A stretch of 64,000 nt of DNA, taken from contig ML992505.1 of the NCBI GenBank assembly GCA_010093995.1, positions 1 through 64,000 on the forward strand, in the 5' to 3' direction. The stretch comes from Elsinoe ampelina (lineage: Eukaryota). Below the pieces are notes generated by a model. It was not told the DNA's origin and made no database searches. It saw nothing but the letters and a program-made list of their open reading frames with translations. Position 1 is the stretch's first letter. Each line of letters begins with the position of its first letter. The translations under genes and the position numbers were made by a program. Shown one piece after another: positions 10,499-22,179 of the stretch.

Positions 10499-11163
10499 TT
10501 TCAGGGAGGATCAGTCTGGATAGCTTTGAAGGTGCCGCAGGTCCGAGAAGAGTGTGTGGGTGCCCGAAGATAGCAAGCGTGGTGAAGAGGCGAATGAAGA
10601 TCCAGGACTCATTGGTCTTATATAGAAGACGATGCCATTTTCACTCCCCACGGTCAGTTGCGAATGACTGGCGAAATTTGACTGTCACCTGCTGTGTAAC
10701 ATAACCTAGATTGATTGTCAATGAATTCTATCTGTCAATCGCGAAGCATCAATGGAAGAAGCAAATCTGCTTGAGCAATGACTCAACCACCACTGAACCT
10801 CGGATAGGAAATGCTCCAGTGCTCGACCCAGATGTCGAAGTGCTCACCATATTCATGGGTCATGTAATAGCTGCTGCATGTCCGCTTTGGCTGGACGATG
10901 ATCTTAGTGAAGGATCCTACTGACAATGTAGATTCGAATAGGGTATGTAATCATGGAAGAGAAAACGCCCGTATCCGCGTATGCGATCCCAGCGACAGTC
11001 TTGTGGACCCAACTCCATGGGCTGTGTCAGAATTCCACCCAACTCCCCTCCGGCTGTAGAAGATTGATGTGAGGTGACGGTTAAGTGGATGGGGTTGTGG
11101 TAAGAGTCTCAGCCCTGGAAGATAGGCGATATCTACATGCATTCGTACTACTGATAGCACGAA

Positions 11164-12024
11164 TCACATGGCCATTTCCGCTTGCAGTCTCTTGAGCTCT
11201 TCTTCCTCGTCGTCCTCTTCCACCTGTTGTTGCTTGCCCTTGACTGCGAGCGTGTTAGCAACTTGGTCAATCGATCTTCCTTGGATTGCGACTCACGTGG
11301 CGCGTTTGACACATTCGGTAATCTGCCAATCTCGTCACCCACTGGTACTGAACCAGTCTTGAGCATGTTGCTGTCCAGCTCTTGTTGTTGGAGGTCCGCA
11401 AATTCCGCTTCCAGTTCGTCATCATCCACAGCGTTCGCTCCAGCGCCTGTTGTGAGTGCAGCGGCGATCTCTTTGCTGATGGCGTGTTGATCTTCGAGCG
11501 CCTCCCTGGTGTATCGTTAGCTCCACTTCCTTGCCTCATGGCGAATCGCCCTTGGAGGACATACATGGTTGCATCCACCTTGTCGATCGTGAGGCCGCCG
11601 TGAATACCCTTGAGAGCAGTCGAGGCGTTTTTGAGGGCATCGAGCGTCTCCTTGTTGATGTTCGCTGTCTCAATCGAGGAAATCTGTCCTTCGAGGTTCA
11701 TGATCTGTGCCGATGTCTGTTCCAACGTCCCTTCCAGCTGCTTCTTCTTTCGTAGAGCGGCCTTTGCAGCTGCAGCTTCCTGTCAGCATTGCTTGTTGGG
11801 CTCCAACCCTTCTGGCGGGGCCATTCGTGAGGGTTTGACATACCAGTTTTATTCGAGCTCACGAACTTTCGCGCTTTTGCATCCTCATCATCTATTTGAT
11901 TCTGCAGGTGTTTCTCCCTCTTCGTGAGCATCTCCAAGGTCGATCGTAGCTGTAGGATCGCATTCTTCGGTGCATCTTTCCGCTTCGCAGCCCCACCACC
12001 AAACCAGCTCCCCCATCCTGACAT
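11164..12024 (-). CDS. SNF7: ESCRT-III subunit Snf7/Vps32
   Basis: MSGWGSWFGG..KDAPKNAILQLRSTLEML.KREKHL, IETANINKETL, DDDELEAEF and C-terminal LQAEMAM. Introns 11843-11770, 11564-11506 and 11296-11244 all splice in frame. Confidence 0.93.
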
Positions 12025-12490
12025 GTCTATACGTGCTCTTGCTGTCTGTTGTCGAGTTCGTGGTGTTCTCTATCGCCGCGTGACCTGCGGCTTTTGTCCC
12101 CAATCCACAGAGATGGCGGGGATCACGATCGGTATCTCTTTCGATTCCGGGAATAAAGTTTGTTCGCAAGGGTGGACAGGCTGCTGAGCGGTATACCAGT
12201 GGATGTTGACTGACTCAAGGCTCTAGTTTTATGGCGCGTACAAGACGGCGTGGAATATCGTTGCCTTGAAAAGTGGATGCTGTGTGAGTGAAGTTGAAGT
12301 GGCCGGTCACTTGGGCAGATACAGGAACGCCATCCCGCAATGACGCTGCCCGCTCACAACGTCGCATGTTTGCCGAGAATCACCCGAAGGCGACAAACAA
12401 AGACTGGCTTTGCTTTGACTTTCACATGTCACCTGAAAGCAAGCATTGCCATTCTATCAGGCTGTAATATGCAAGTCCTCATATGCGGAA

Positions 12491-12987
12491 ATGAATGCTC
12501 GTAGTAATGGAAACGAGGCAAGGACGACAGACAGAGCGCAGCCCTCTCAGTTGGTTTTCCTCCATGAACTGCAAGGGTTGCCTATGCGCACGAAAGTGAG
12601 GTTTCTTGGATGGTAATTATCTTGTACGATGATTCCTTGAGCATGAAGCTGAGTGTGGTAAGTATCGAACGATTCGAAGTGGGATCTGACACGGCTCTTG
12701 TCAGCTACCGGTCTACCACCCAGCAGAGCACAGTTGTGGCAAGTGTCAATTTTGTGGCTCTTCTTGGCACACCCTCGCTATCGCTGGATGTCGGCAGCTG
12801 GGTGAATATTATGGGATATGTGACAGACGGCAGCGTGAGGGGCTCCGAAGACTCGCGCCAGGTCTACGAACGGGTCACGCCAGTCGCCCATGTACAAGCT
12901 CTAATGGCATGGGATGCTGGCGATCTCAATCTGGACGACTATGAACGGGCACTTCGCGCAAAGTGTGGCGGTCGAGGTGGGTATTGA
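12491..12987 (+). CDS. TEN1: Telomere-capping CST complex subunit Ten1 (OB fold)
   Basis: Exon 1 PSQLVFLHEL....TKVRFLGC, intron 12613-12662, exon 2 VGSWVNIMGYV...VQALMAWDAG.LNL..YE.AL: typical of fungal Ten1. Confidence 0.8.
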
Positions 12988-13037
12988 AATCGACCTCAAA
13001 CAGTCGATCCATAATTTGCATTGGATTGCTTGCTATC

Positions 13038-14618
13038 TCACGAGGGAGGCGTTTCCTGGCTCTCCGCAGACACTGTGACCGCCGATGCCGGATCCTGCTC
13101 TTTCTTCTCCTTCTGTGCCTGCTTCTCGGCTTTCTTCTCAGCATTCTTCGCGTCCTTCCTCTCCTTCTTCGTGGTACCTCTGTTACTCAGCACCACACGA
13201 TCCCCAGATCCTGGCGGTCCTCCTTTGCCTGTGGCTTGACCGTACGCTTCCAGACCACCACCAACAGAAGGATTGGCGTGCCCGTGGAATTCCAGCTTCC
13301 TCGGAGTCATGTATTCCCGCATCACCTCATCCGTCACTTTCGCTCTCCTTTCTTGGAAGGCGCCCACGAACTTCTGCAACTCGGCGATACACTTCTTCTT
13401 CAGCTCGCCTGTGCTGAGAGTACCCTTGCGGTAGTTCGCTTCCAGCTCGCTCAGCTCCTCGTCGCTCTCTAAGAAGTATGAGAGATAGGCGTATGCCACA
13501 TCGACATCAGGGTTGCCGCCGTCCCTTTCATGTTCTTCCTTCGTTGCACCTCCGCCGCTGAACGCGAATCGGTTGATCTTCTTCTCAATCTGCTTGGGTG
13601 TGTCGCTCATGAAGATGGCACTATTTGGATCTGACGCGGACATTTTGCCGCCGGGTCCTTGCAGTGCTGTGAGGAATTTGGAGAGGATCAGGGCTGCTTT
13701 CGGTGAAGGGTTTTCCATCCGATCGGAATTTTCGCGAACCAGTCGGAACCAAGGCTCTTGATCGATGGCGCAGGGAATGAGGGTGGGAATGGCGGCAATC
13801 GACTTTCGAGGGCGTTCCTCCTTCCAGTCAGGTGGTCGAAAGTCATCAGCGCCGAAGAGGACAGGGTAGGATGACGCAAAGGCGGCAACACACTGCTTTG
13901 CAGCGTACGCGTTCAGACCGACGTTGGTTGACCCATCAAAGCCAAGTGCACCTCGGATCTGGTTGTTAGTGAGGAGAGCCTCGAATTCGGAGATGTTCTG
14001 GTAGAAGTGTCCGCCTACATAGCCATAGTCGGTGTAGATGAAAGTCTTCTTGATGTCGAAGCCAAGGGCGATAATGTCCTTTGCGTTATCACTTGCATAC
14101 TTCATGAAGTCTCCGAGTGCTGCCCCTGGCGTTGGCTTGCCTTGATTCTTGTTGCGCGTGTAGAGAAACTTCTCATCATCTGTCAACATGATGACGAGAG
14201 GAACGTCGAAGATGTCTTGTAGCTCCTTTGTGAAGAGGAATGGGACAGAGTGGCCAAGATGCATGCTTCCAGATGAGGGACCGCGGCCAGTGTAGAGCAT
14301 GAAGAAGCCATATTTCTCGTACTGGTCGAGGATGCGATCAAAGTCACGATGGGAGAAGAACAATTTTCTTCGCATCAATCGGTGAGGTGGTTTGCCAGTG
14401 ACTTGTTCGAAACGCTTCAGGTGCTCCTCGGTCAGAGCAGAAGTGTTGAACTTTTCCCGCAGCGCCTCGTAGTCGATCGCTTTGATGTTCCCATCGGCAT
14501 CGCGTGCTCCAGCGACCGTATATGGGTCGATTTTCTGTTCTGCTGCTGCTTGTTGGACTTGCTCGACTGTTGGCGGGGCGCCCACCGCCTCTGCGGTGTG
14601 AGGTGCGCCGTCCGCCAT
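13038..14618 (-). CDS. WRS1: Cytosolic tryptophanyl-tRNA synthetase
   Basis: LYTGRGPSSGSMHLGH (HIGH motif), LTDDEKFL, PCAIDQ, KMSAS, AFSGG; first ATG at 14618. Confidence 0.93.
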   Translation of the reverse strand: MADGAPHTAEAVGAPPTVEQVQQAAAEQKIDPYTVAGARDADGNIKAIDYEALREKFNTSALTEEHLKRFEQVTGKPPHRLMRRKLFFSHRDFDRILDQYEKYGFFMLYTGRGPSSGSMHLGHSVPFLFTKELQDIFDVPLVIMLTDDEKFLYTRNKNQGKPTPGAALGDFMKYASDNAKDIIALGFDIKKTFIYTDYGYVGGHFYQNISEFEALLTNNQIRGALGFDGSTNVGLNAYAAKQCVAAFASSYPVLFGADDFRPPDWKEERPRKSIAAIPTLIPCAIDQEPWFRLVRENSDRMENPSPKAALILSKFLTALQGPGGKMSASDPNSAIFMSDTPKQIEKKINRFAFSGGGATKEEHERDGGNPDVDVAYAYLSYFLESDEELSELEANYRKGTLSTGELKKKCIAELQKFVGAFQERRAKVTDEVMREYMTPRKLEFHGHANPSVGGGLEAYGQATGKGGPPGSGDRVVLSNRGTTKKERKDAKNAEKKAEKQAQKEKKEQDPASAVTVSAESQETPPS

Positions 14619-15045
14619 TAGCAACAGTGAATGATCCTAGATAGGGTGCAGCAACCAGCTAGATGGGAATTGGATTATTCGAGTTCAGCGAGTTGTTTGT
14701 TTCATGCTTCTTTGTGAGTCAAACAGACCATGTGTCCACGACATGTCGAATTGACTCTGCCCCTCCACAAAATAATGTGCCCTCGAATGATTGGAGATCG
14801 GGCCTTACAGACGCCGACCGACAGGCATGTCTAACCGCATCGAGCGTCACCTCGCAGACGGGATCTGGAGAGATTCGCCTCCGCTTCAGCGGCTCAGCCC
14901 AGGCAAAAAGAATGGAAGCTCCTCGCGACCTCCTCTCCCTCAACTACCACCTCGCGCCCTTCCATCCGCTTCTTCTTCAATCCGACATCTTCAGCACTCG
15001 TACACAAGCCGTGTTCAGTACAAGACGATCGAGTATGAAGTGACA

Positions 15046-15861
15046 ATGGTCAAATTCTACTCGGCGTCATTCAACTACGACTATTCCTTTCCCGCCGTCT
15101 CTCTTGCCTACTTCCTACGCTACCCGAATCCATACAGCACTCACGTCTTCTCGACCGACGTGATCGATCGAAGTTTCGACAATGCCACGCAAAGGTTGAC
15201 AACTGTCCGCCTCCATTTGAAGAAGAGCAAGCTACCCTCAGCTGTGCTCAAGATCCTCCCTCGAAGCTTGATGGGAGCAAGTGAAAAAGGCGACAGTCAG
15301 GCATACATTCTCGAGAAGAGCGTGGTCGATATCAAAGAAGGATGGATGACTACTGAAAGTCGGAATTTGGAATGGACCGGTGTCTTATCTGTCATTGAGA
15401 GTCAAGACTTTAAGCGAGGTGGACATGCCGTCTGGGACCTTGTCAATGGGCAAAAGCAGATCATCTCGGAGCCTGAGCGAACTCATGTCACCACAACTGT
15501 AGCGCTGCAGTCTCATATTGGCGAGAATATCCGTCGACGCCGAGCGCGAATGGCCGAATCAGCAGCTCAAACCGCTGATGACGGCAAGGAAAAGATGGGT
15601 TTCTTCAAGTCTTGGACAACTGGATCTATCCAGAGATCGATCGAGATGATTGGTCTTCGCAGAGCTGAGGGAGCTCAGCCCAAGGCTACAGAAGGCATGA
15701 AGGTGGTGCTAGAGCGGCTGCGTCAAGGTGGTCTGGTCGCTGTCCTCGATGGCATGCGCAAGGACCGCGAGCTCATGTTCGCTGGGCAATCTGGCTTGAG
15801 CTTACCATCACCACCTGCCTCTGGCAATGCTCCCGCCAGCATTGACTATCACGAAGATTAA
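15046..15861 (+). CDS. UPS1: PRELI/MSF1-family mitochondrial lipid transfer protein Ups1
   Basis: MVKFYS..F.YDYSFPAVSLAYFLRYPNPYSTHV.S.DVI.R; ESRNL.WTGVLSV.E. An in-frame upstream ATG exists at 14827 but homology starts at 15046. Confidence 0.88.
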   Translation: MVKFYSASFNYDYSFPAVSLAYFLRYPNPYSTHVFSTDVIDRSFDNATQRLTTVRLHLKKSKLPSAVLKILPRSLMGASEKGDSQAYILEKSVVDIKEGWMTTESRNLEWTGVLSVIESQDFKRGGHAVWDLVNGQKQIISEPERTHVTTTVALQSHIGENIRRRRARMAESAAQTADDGKEKMGFFKSWTTGSIQRSIEMIGLRRAEGAQPKATEGMKVVLERLRQGGLVAVLDGMRKDRELMFAGQSGLSLPSPPASGNAPASIDYHED

Positions 15862-16488
15862 TGTTCAAAAACTGTACGATTACCAACCATACTCTACTCT
15901 GATTTCAGCGAGGCGCTTCGAGGGACGTGTTTGGATACTATCAGATTGGCAGGAGGGAAGTGTATGGATATCATCAGACCGGCAGGAGTTTGGGACGGGA
16001 GAGCGATGGCGAAGGAAACACATGGATGTCTTGTGCATCCTGTCGGTATGGTACAAGAAGATGCGGGACATTAGCAGCCGTGTAACCAAAATCAATGCAA
16101 AACGTTAACTTGACCATTTGACGTTCGACGGAATCAGGCACACATGCCGCGCAAACCACCAGTATGACGAGGACGTGTTTCTCTTCAAGGAATTGACTAT
16201 CCTACTCCAGATATTGATAGGTGGGGCGATGCTTATACTCGCCGGCCCGTCCTTGGCGGAGAAGTCGCGACGCGAAGCTAAAGTGCTTCGAACTTTCTTC
16301 AACATCGCGAACATCTCAACATCGCCCATCGCACGACTGCTTTTGTCGTGCAATACCTCTCCGAACGCGCATTCATCACCAAGCATACATCCGCATCTCT
16401 CAATATCCTACGCTAAACGAAATCGGTGACTGCTTTAGCTTCGAGCTTCTTTTCCCCTTGAGGGACTTGGAGGGCCCTGGCCGACATC

Positions 16489-19400
16489 ATGAACGGCCAC
16501 ACGGACGGCGATACCCACATGGCGGATGTATTGGACACGCCAGATTACACCGACTCAGACACTGGACCGAACACGACTGCAAGCAGTGTCGCCGGTGATG
16601 TCGCACAGCCAGACGGACGTAGGCGTAGGTGGGAGAGCCACGCGTTGCGGAAGAGTGTCTTTGGCAAGAAGCATGATAGGCTCGGCAGTTCAAAGGAGGA
16701 CGACTCAGTTCGTCGATTTCGATACCTCTTGGGGCTGACAGACCTCTTCCGCCATTTCATCGACACCAATCCCGACCCAAAGATCAGGAATGTCATGGCG
16801 GAGATTGACAGGCAGGACCAGGAAGACAAGACGAGGGCTTCAAAGGGACATGCGCGCAAAGGCGGTGCAGCTGGAGAGCGCAGGCGTCGTACAGAGAAGG
16901 AGGAAGATGCAGAGCTTCTTAGCCAGGGCAAGCATGCCGATGAAGGAGCCGACACTGTCTTTCGCGACTCGCCCCGTTACATTCAAGGCAAGATGAGGGA
17001 TTATCAGGTCGCCGGTCTCAACTGGCTGATCTCATTACACGAGAATGGTATCTCTGGAATCCTGGCAGACGAGATGGGGTTGGGCAAGACACTTCAGACC
17101 ATTTCCTTCCTCGGATACCTCCGATTCCACTGCGACACACCTGGCCCTCATTTGGTCGCCGTTCCCAAGTCAACATTGGACAACTGGAAGCGCGAATTCG
17201 AGCGATGGATTCCAGAGATCAACGTGCTAGTCCTTCAAGGTGCAAAGGAAGAGCGCAAAGAACTCATTGACGACCGCCTTGTCGACGAGAACTTTGATGT
17301 CTGCATCACCAGCTACGAGATGATCCTGCGCGAGAAGTCTCACCTCAAAAAGTTTGCCTGGGAGTACATCATCGTCGACGAGGCTCACCGCATCAAGAAC
17401 GAGAAGTCATCACTCGCCAGTATTATTCGCGACTTCAACTCACGTAACCGTCTCCTCATCACTGGTACCCCACTTCAGAACAATCTTCACGAATTGTGGG
17501 CGCTACTCAACTTTCTCCTTCCGGATGTTTTCGGCGACGCTGATGCTTTTGACGAGTGGTTCAGCAACAGTGAACAAGACTCAGACGATGTCGTCCAACA
17601 GCTGCACAAAGTCTTGAAGCCTTTCCTTCTCCGCCGTGTCAAGGCAGACGTCGAGAAGAGTCTCTTGCCCAAGAAAGAAATCAACTTGTACGTAGGCATG
17701 TCAGAGATGCAAGTCAATTGGTACCGCAAGATTCTCGAGAAAGACATTGATGCTGTCAACAACGCTGCAGGCAAGAAAGAGTCAAAGACCAGGCTCTTGA
17801 ACATTGTCATGCAACTAAGGAAGTGCTGCAACCATCCATATCTTTTCGACGGAGCCGAGCCTGGACCGCCATACACCACCGATGAGCACCTGGTTGACAA
17901 CGCTGCCAAGATGACAATATTGGACAAGCTTCTCGTCAAGATGCAGGCTCAAGGAAGTCGTGTGTTGATCTTCTCTCAGATGAGCAGAGTCTTGGATATC
18001 CTGGAGGATTACTCGGTCATGCGCGGATTCCAATACTGTCGTATCGATGGATCGACTGCTCACGAAGACCGTATTGCCGCCATCGATGAGTACAACAAGC
18101 CGAACTCGGAGAAGTTCCTGTTCTTACTCACGACCCGTGCTGGTGGGCTGGGCATCAATCTCACCACAGCCGACATTGTGGTACTCTTCGACAGTGACTG
18201 GAACCCACAAGCTGATCTGCAGGCCATGGACCGTGCTCATCGTATCGGTCAAACCAAGCAGGTCTACGTCTATCGTTTTGTCACCGAAAACGCCATTGAG
18301 GAGAAGGTCTTGGACCGAGCTGCACAAAAGCTCCGTCTTGACCAGCTCGTCATCCAGCAAGGCCGCACTCAGCAACCTGCCAAGGGTGCTGCTTCAAAGG
18401 ATGAGCTGCTTGGCATGATCCAACACGGCGCGGACAAGGTCTTTGAGCAGAATGCTGAATCGGCTTTTGGCAGTAGCAAGGCCTTTACCGACGAGGACTT
18501 CGAAGCCGTGCTCAAACGTGGTGAAGATCGAACCAAGGAGCTTAATGCAAAGTACAACAACATGGGTCTCGACGACGTCACCAAATTCCAATCCGACAGC
18601 GCCTATGAATGGAACGGCGAGACGTTCGAGGCCAAGAAGAAGGACATTGGTCTTAACTGGATCAATCCAACCAAGCGCGAACGCAAAGAGCAATCATACT
18701 CGATGGACAAGTACTACCGTCAGGCACTCCAGACTGGTGGACGCACTGCAGACACGAAGCCAAAAGTCCCCCGCGCACCCAAGCAGCAGGCCATGCACGA
18801 CTATCAATTCTTCAACCCACGTCTGGCTGATCTGCAAGACAAAGAGACCGCATTCTTCCGCAAGGAGAACAGTATCAAGGCTCCCCTCGCGGAAGGTGAC
18901 GAGTCAGATCTGGAGCAGCGTCAAGAAGAGCAGGAGATTGAGCAACAAGCCATCGACAATGCCGAACCACTTACCGCCGAGGAGCAGGCTGAGAAGGAGG
19001 AACTCCAAGCTGAGGGCTTCGGCGACTGGAACAAGCGTGACTTTCAACAATTCATCAACGGCTCTGCCCGCTACGGACGCACGAATTACAAAGACATTGC
19101 GATCGAAGTGGACAGCAAGGAGCCTGGCGAGATTAGGGAGTATGCTCTGGTATTCTGGAAGCGGTACAAGGAGATTGCCAATTGGGAGAAGCACATCGCC
19201 AGCATCGAGGAAGGAGAAGAGCGCGCTGCCAAGGTGGTCAAACAGGCCAGACTCCTTCGCAAGAAAGTCGGCATGTACCGCGTGCCACTTCAGCAGCTCA
19301 AGATCAATTACACGGTGAGCACGACGAACAAGAAGGTTTACACCGAAGAGGAAGACCGCTTTCTGCTGGTCATGCTGGACAAGTACGGTCTCGATGCAGA

Positions 19401-19806
19401 CTTGCTTTACGACAAGATCAGAGACGAGATCAGGGAGAGTCCGCTGTTCAGGTTTGACTGGTTCTTCTTGAGCAGGACCCCGCAAGAAATAGGCCGCAGG
19501 TGCACGACTCTGTTGACCACTGTGCAAAGGGAGTTTGAGCCTGTGGAGAATGGCGGTGGCAAGAAGAGGGTGCTGGACGAGGAGAGCAGTGAGGAGGATA
19601 CCAGGTCTAAGAAGAAGGGTGTCAAGGTTGGTCACAAGTATGTTGCAATTGCCGGAGTCGGGACTAATGTGATGCAGAACAAGGCTCTTGAGGGTGTCAA
19701 GGGTGGGAAGGCATCGAACAGGACGAGCAGAGCGGGAAGCGTCGTGTCAAATGGTAGCATTGGCACGCCAAAGGGAGGAAGCAAGGCAAAGGGCCGCAGG
19801 AGGTGA
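16489..19806 (+). CDS. ISW2: ISWI-family chromatin remodelling ATPase
   Basis: [41 protein letters not shown], plus HAND-SANT-SLIDE region ([21 protein letters not shown]). Probable in-frame 51-nt intron 19627-19677. Confidence 0.95.
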   Translation: MNGHTDGDTHMADVLDTPDYTDSDTGPNTTASSVAGDVAQPDGRRRRWESHALRKSVFGKKHDRLGSSKEDDSVRRFRYLLGLTDLFRHFIDTNPDPKIRNVMAEIDRQDQEDKTRASKGHARKGGAAGERRRRTEKEEDAELLSQGKHADEGADTVFRDSPRYIQGKMRDYQVAGLNWLISLHENGISGILADEMGLGKTLQTISFLGYLRFHCDTPGPHLVAVPKSTLDNWKREFERWIPEINVLVLQGAKEERKELIDDRLVDENFDVCITSYEMILREKSHLKKFAWEYIIVDEAHRIKNEKSSLASIIRDFNSRNRLLITGTPLQNNLHELWALLNFLLPDVFGDADAFDEWFSNSEQDSDDVVQQLHKVLKPFLLRRVKADVEKSLLPKKEINLYVGMSEMQVNWYRKILEKDIDAVNNAAGKKESKTRLLNIVMQLRKCCNHPYLFDGAEPGPPYTTDEHLVDNAAKMTILDKLLVKMQAQGSRVLIFSQMSRVLDILEDYSVMRGFQYCRIDGSTAHEDRIAAIDEYNKPNSEKFLFLLTTRAGGLGINLTTADIVVLFDSDWNPQADLQAMDRAHRIGQTKQVYVYRFVTENAIEEKVLDRAAQKLRLDQLVIQQGRTQQPAKGAASKDELLGMIQHGADKVFEQNAESAFGSSKAFTDEDFEAVLKRGEDRTKELNAKYNNMGLDDVTKFQSDSAYEWNGETFEAKKKDIGLNWINPTKRERKEQSYSMDKYYRQALQTGGRTADTKPKVPRAPKQQAMHDYQFFNPRLADLQDKETAFFRKENSIKAPLAEGDESDLEQRQEEQEIEQQAIDNAEPLTAEEQAEKEELQAEGFGDWNKRDFQQFINGSARYGRTNYKDIAIEVDSKEPGEIREYALVFWKRYKEIANWEKHIASIEEGEERAAKVVKQARLLRKKVGMYRVPLQQLKINYTVSTTNKKVYTEEEDRFLLVMLDKYGLDADLLYDKIRDEIRESPLFRFDWFFLSRTPQEIGRRCTTLLTTVQREFEPVENGGGKKRVLDEESSEEDTRSKKKGVKVGHKYVAIAGVGTNVMQNKALEGVKGGKASNRTSRAGSVVSNGSIGTPKGGSKAKGRRR

Positions 19807-20959
19807 TGAATCGGCCGGAACGAGCGGTGGGTATCGAGTTCCGAGATGAGAGGGTTCTCGCTCGTGTTGTACTACTGGCCAGCAGTACGGAGCAGGCATG
19901 CCGGCGTTGGCACTGGCGTTGCGGATCTTGCAGCTTCTATCAAGAAGCCATGTGCAGTCAGGCTGAATATTCTCAGCTCCATGGCTGTTCCTCCCAGAAG
20001 GGGTAGGATTCTTCAAGCATATGATAGATCGGCCAGAGCATTGTAATGTATCGATGAAAGACTGCCTATCGCGTGTCAGTATCAGCCTTAGCCGGAAGCA
20101 GGTTGTTCCATGCGGTGGATAAGGACGGAACGATGAGCCATGCACCTTGATGATTCCTCATCACTCATTCTCCCGAGTGACCAATATCCAGACAGCTTCC
20201 CTCTTTTCCCCTTACTATCTCCTCATCCCCGACCTCCCGGGTCATTCCTCTTCTCGACACACGCTCCCCGCGACGGTGCCTCACGCCATGGGACCTACCA
20301 TCTGGTTGTGATCTCTGGATTTCTGGCGCTCAAAGGTAGACATGCGTACTGTAGGGTCACACTGATACTTAGATTGCTGGAATCGTAGATAGGACAAGAT
20401 CAATTCGGCAGGAAACATGGACGAGCAGCTCAAGTGGACTGCAGTAACATCAAGCGTACATTGACCACCTGACAAACAGTTTCGCTGGTCAGGCCGGTCT
20501 CTGGACATAGGCTTTACAATGTCTGAGATGCAGCATCAAAACCATGTACAACTACCAGATTGACTTTTGAGATGCGGGAGCATGTGGACACTCGACCGTG
20601 GAATGATGAAGAGAGCGGAAGGAAATTGTTGATGTCATGCGCCTGCTCATCAGACTGACGTGTGAACGGCCAAAGGGCACGTGGGAGTGAGACACCCGGG
20701 AACATGAGAGCCGGCCAGGTAGAGATCTGGACTGATCATGAAGGTGGTTGTGCTGTGAGAAGTGGTAAGACTGATGAGATGGTGGATATGCCCATGATGA
20801 GCAACAGAAAATCAGCTCGAGCGCTGTTACTAACCTTACAGTAGAACATGCCCGAAAAAGAAGCAGCCTTGAGTCAAGTGGTCTGATTTTCTCGGCGGCG
20901 CTGCAGCGTGGAGATCTCCCATCCAGAGCCGCATTTGAGGCGTCACTGGTCTCGACGAT

Positions 20960-21067
20960 CCGCAGTCTGCCGCAGTCTGCCGCGAAGTTCGGCGCTGTCC
21001 CGACAACAATTTGCGGTGCGACGACGTCATCACACTTCACAGGGCAAGCCTCGAGACTCGAGACTCG
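20960..21067. repeat. Short tandem repeats in the NCE102 upstream region
   Basis: (CCGCAGTCTG)x2.4 from 20960 and (CTCGAGA)x2.5 from 21050. Confidence 0.5.
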
Positions 21068-21224
21068 CAAGCTGTGGATCCCCTTTCAAATACTCTGCTT
21101 TTGCCCCAATATCCCCATCTCTACTTTTCCTACAACCACAGATCCAGCGCGACCTCATTTCCAGCCTCTACATTCGTCACATCATCCTCAACTCATCCCT
21201 CCATACACGCCTCAACCACCAGCA

Positions 21225-21789
21225 ATGGCTCTCATCACCACCGCCCTCCGAGGCGCCCAGGTAAGCTCTCAAGAACAAGCTTCTCACTTCTCCATTCTGA
21301 CAATCTCAGTTCCTCTGGACTCTCCTCACCATGGCCCTCATTGGTAACATGATCGCCCGCTCTTTCGCCGGCGACCCAGCCATCATCAACTATGACATGT
21401 TCGTCGCCGTCTTCAGCATGCTCTCCCTCCTCTACCTCATTCCCGCGTCTATCAAGGACAACCTCGGATCACCTATCATCACCATTGCTCTCGATGTGCT
21501 CAACACTCTCTTCTACTTCTGCGGAGCAGTCGCGACTGCCGCTTACCTTGGCGCAAGGAACTGCAGCAACTCCGACTACACCCGGTCCAACTTTATCACA
21601 AACGGCGAGGCCAACACCGAGTCGCGGTGCAGGAAGGCGCAAGCTAGCACAACATTCATGTTCTTCAATTTCTTCCTCTTCGCTGCCACAGCTGTCTTGT
21701 CTGCCATGCACGGCAGGAATGAGGGTGTCAACCTCCGCGGTGGAATCGGCGGTATCAGGATGGGCGGACCGGCTATGAGCCAAGTATAA
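21225..21789 (+). CDS. NCE102: MARVEL-domain eisosome/MCC protein Nce102
   Basis: MALITTALRGAQ, intron 21261-21309, FLWTLL.MALIGNMIA....P.IINYDMFVAVFSMLSL; C..CRKAQAST.F; four hydrophobic segments; ends PAMSQV. Confidence 0.88.
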
Positions 21790-22179
21790 ATCAACGATAC
21801 TACACCGGGCAATGGGAATGTAAGAATAGCTTCAATGGTATAGCGCTTTGGCAATTGTTAGATACTGGTTTGCGGAGCAGGAATGGGAGGAAATGGCAAC
21901 ATGGAGTCGCGTCGGTCAAGATAACTAATCCTAATGACGGTCATGTGTAGACGATGGGCACAGCGAAAATGAAATTTCCAGCAAAGCAGTCTATCTTTGT
22001 CGATTGCCTGTAAAGACCCTATGTAGCCACCTTATTGACGCTCCCCTCCACATCTCATCTGCATCCCGAATCTTGGCATGCACCTCACGCGTCCAAGCTC
22101 CTCTTCGCATCTTCAAACTTCCAATCCTCGATTGTCTCTCACCACCCAAGCCCTCCTTCTCTTCCGGCTACCCTTTAGC

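Noticed and set aside
20603..20658. Possible C/D snoRNA (ATGATGA...CTGA) with a short 18S-complementary GCGCCTGCT
   Set aside because: Too short, the complementary stretch is not adjacent to the D box, and the terminal stem is weak.
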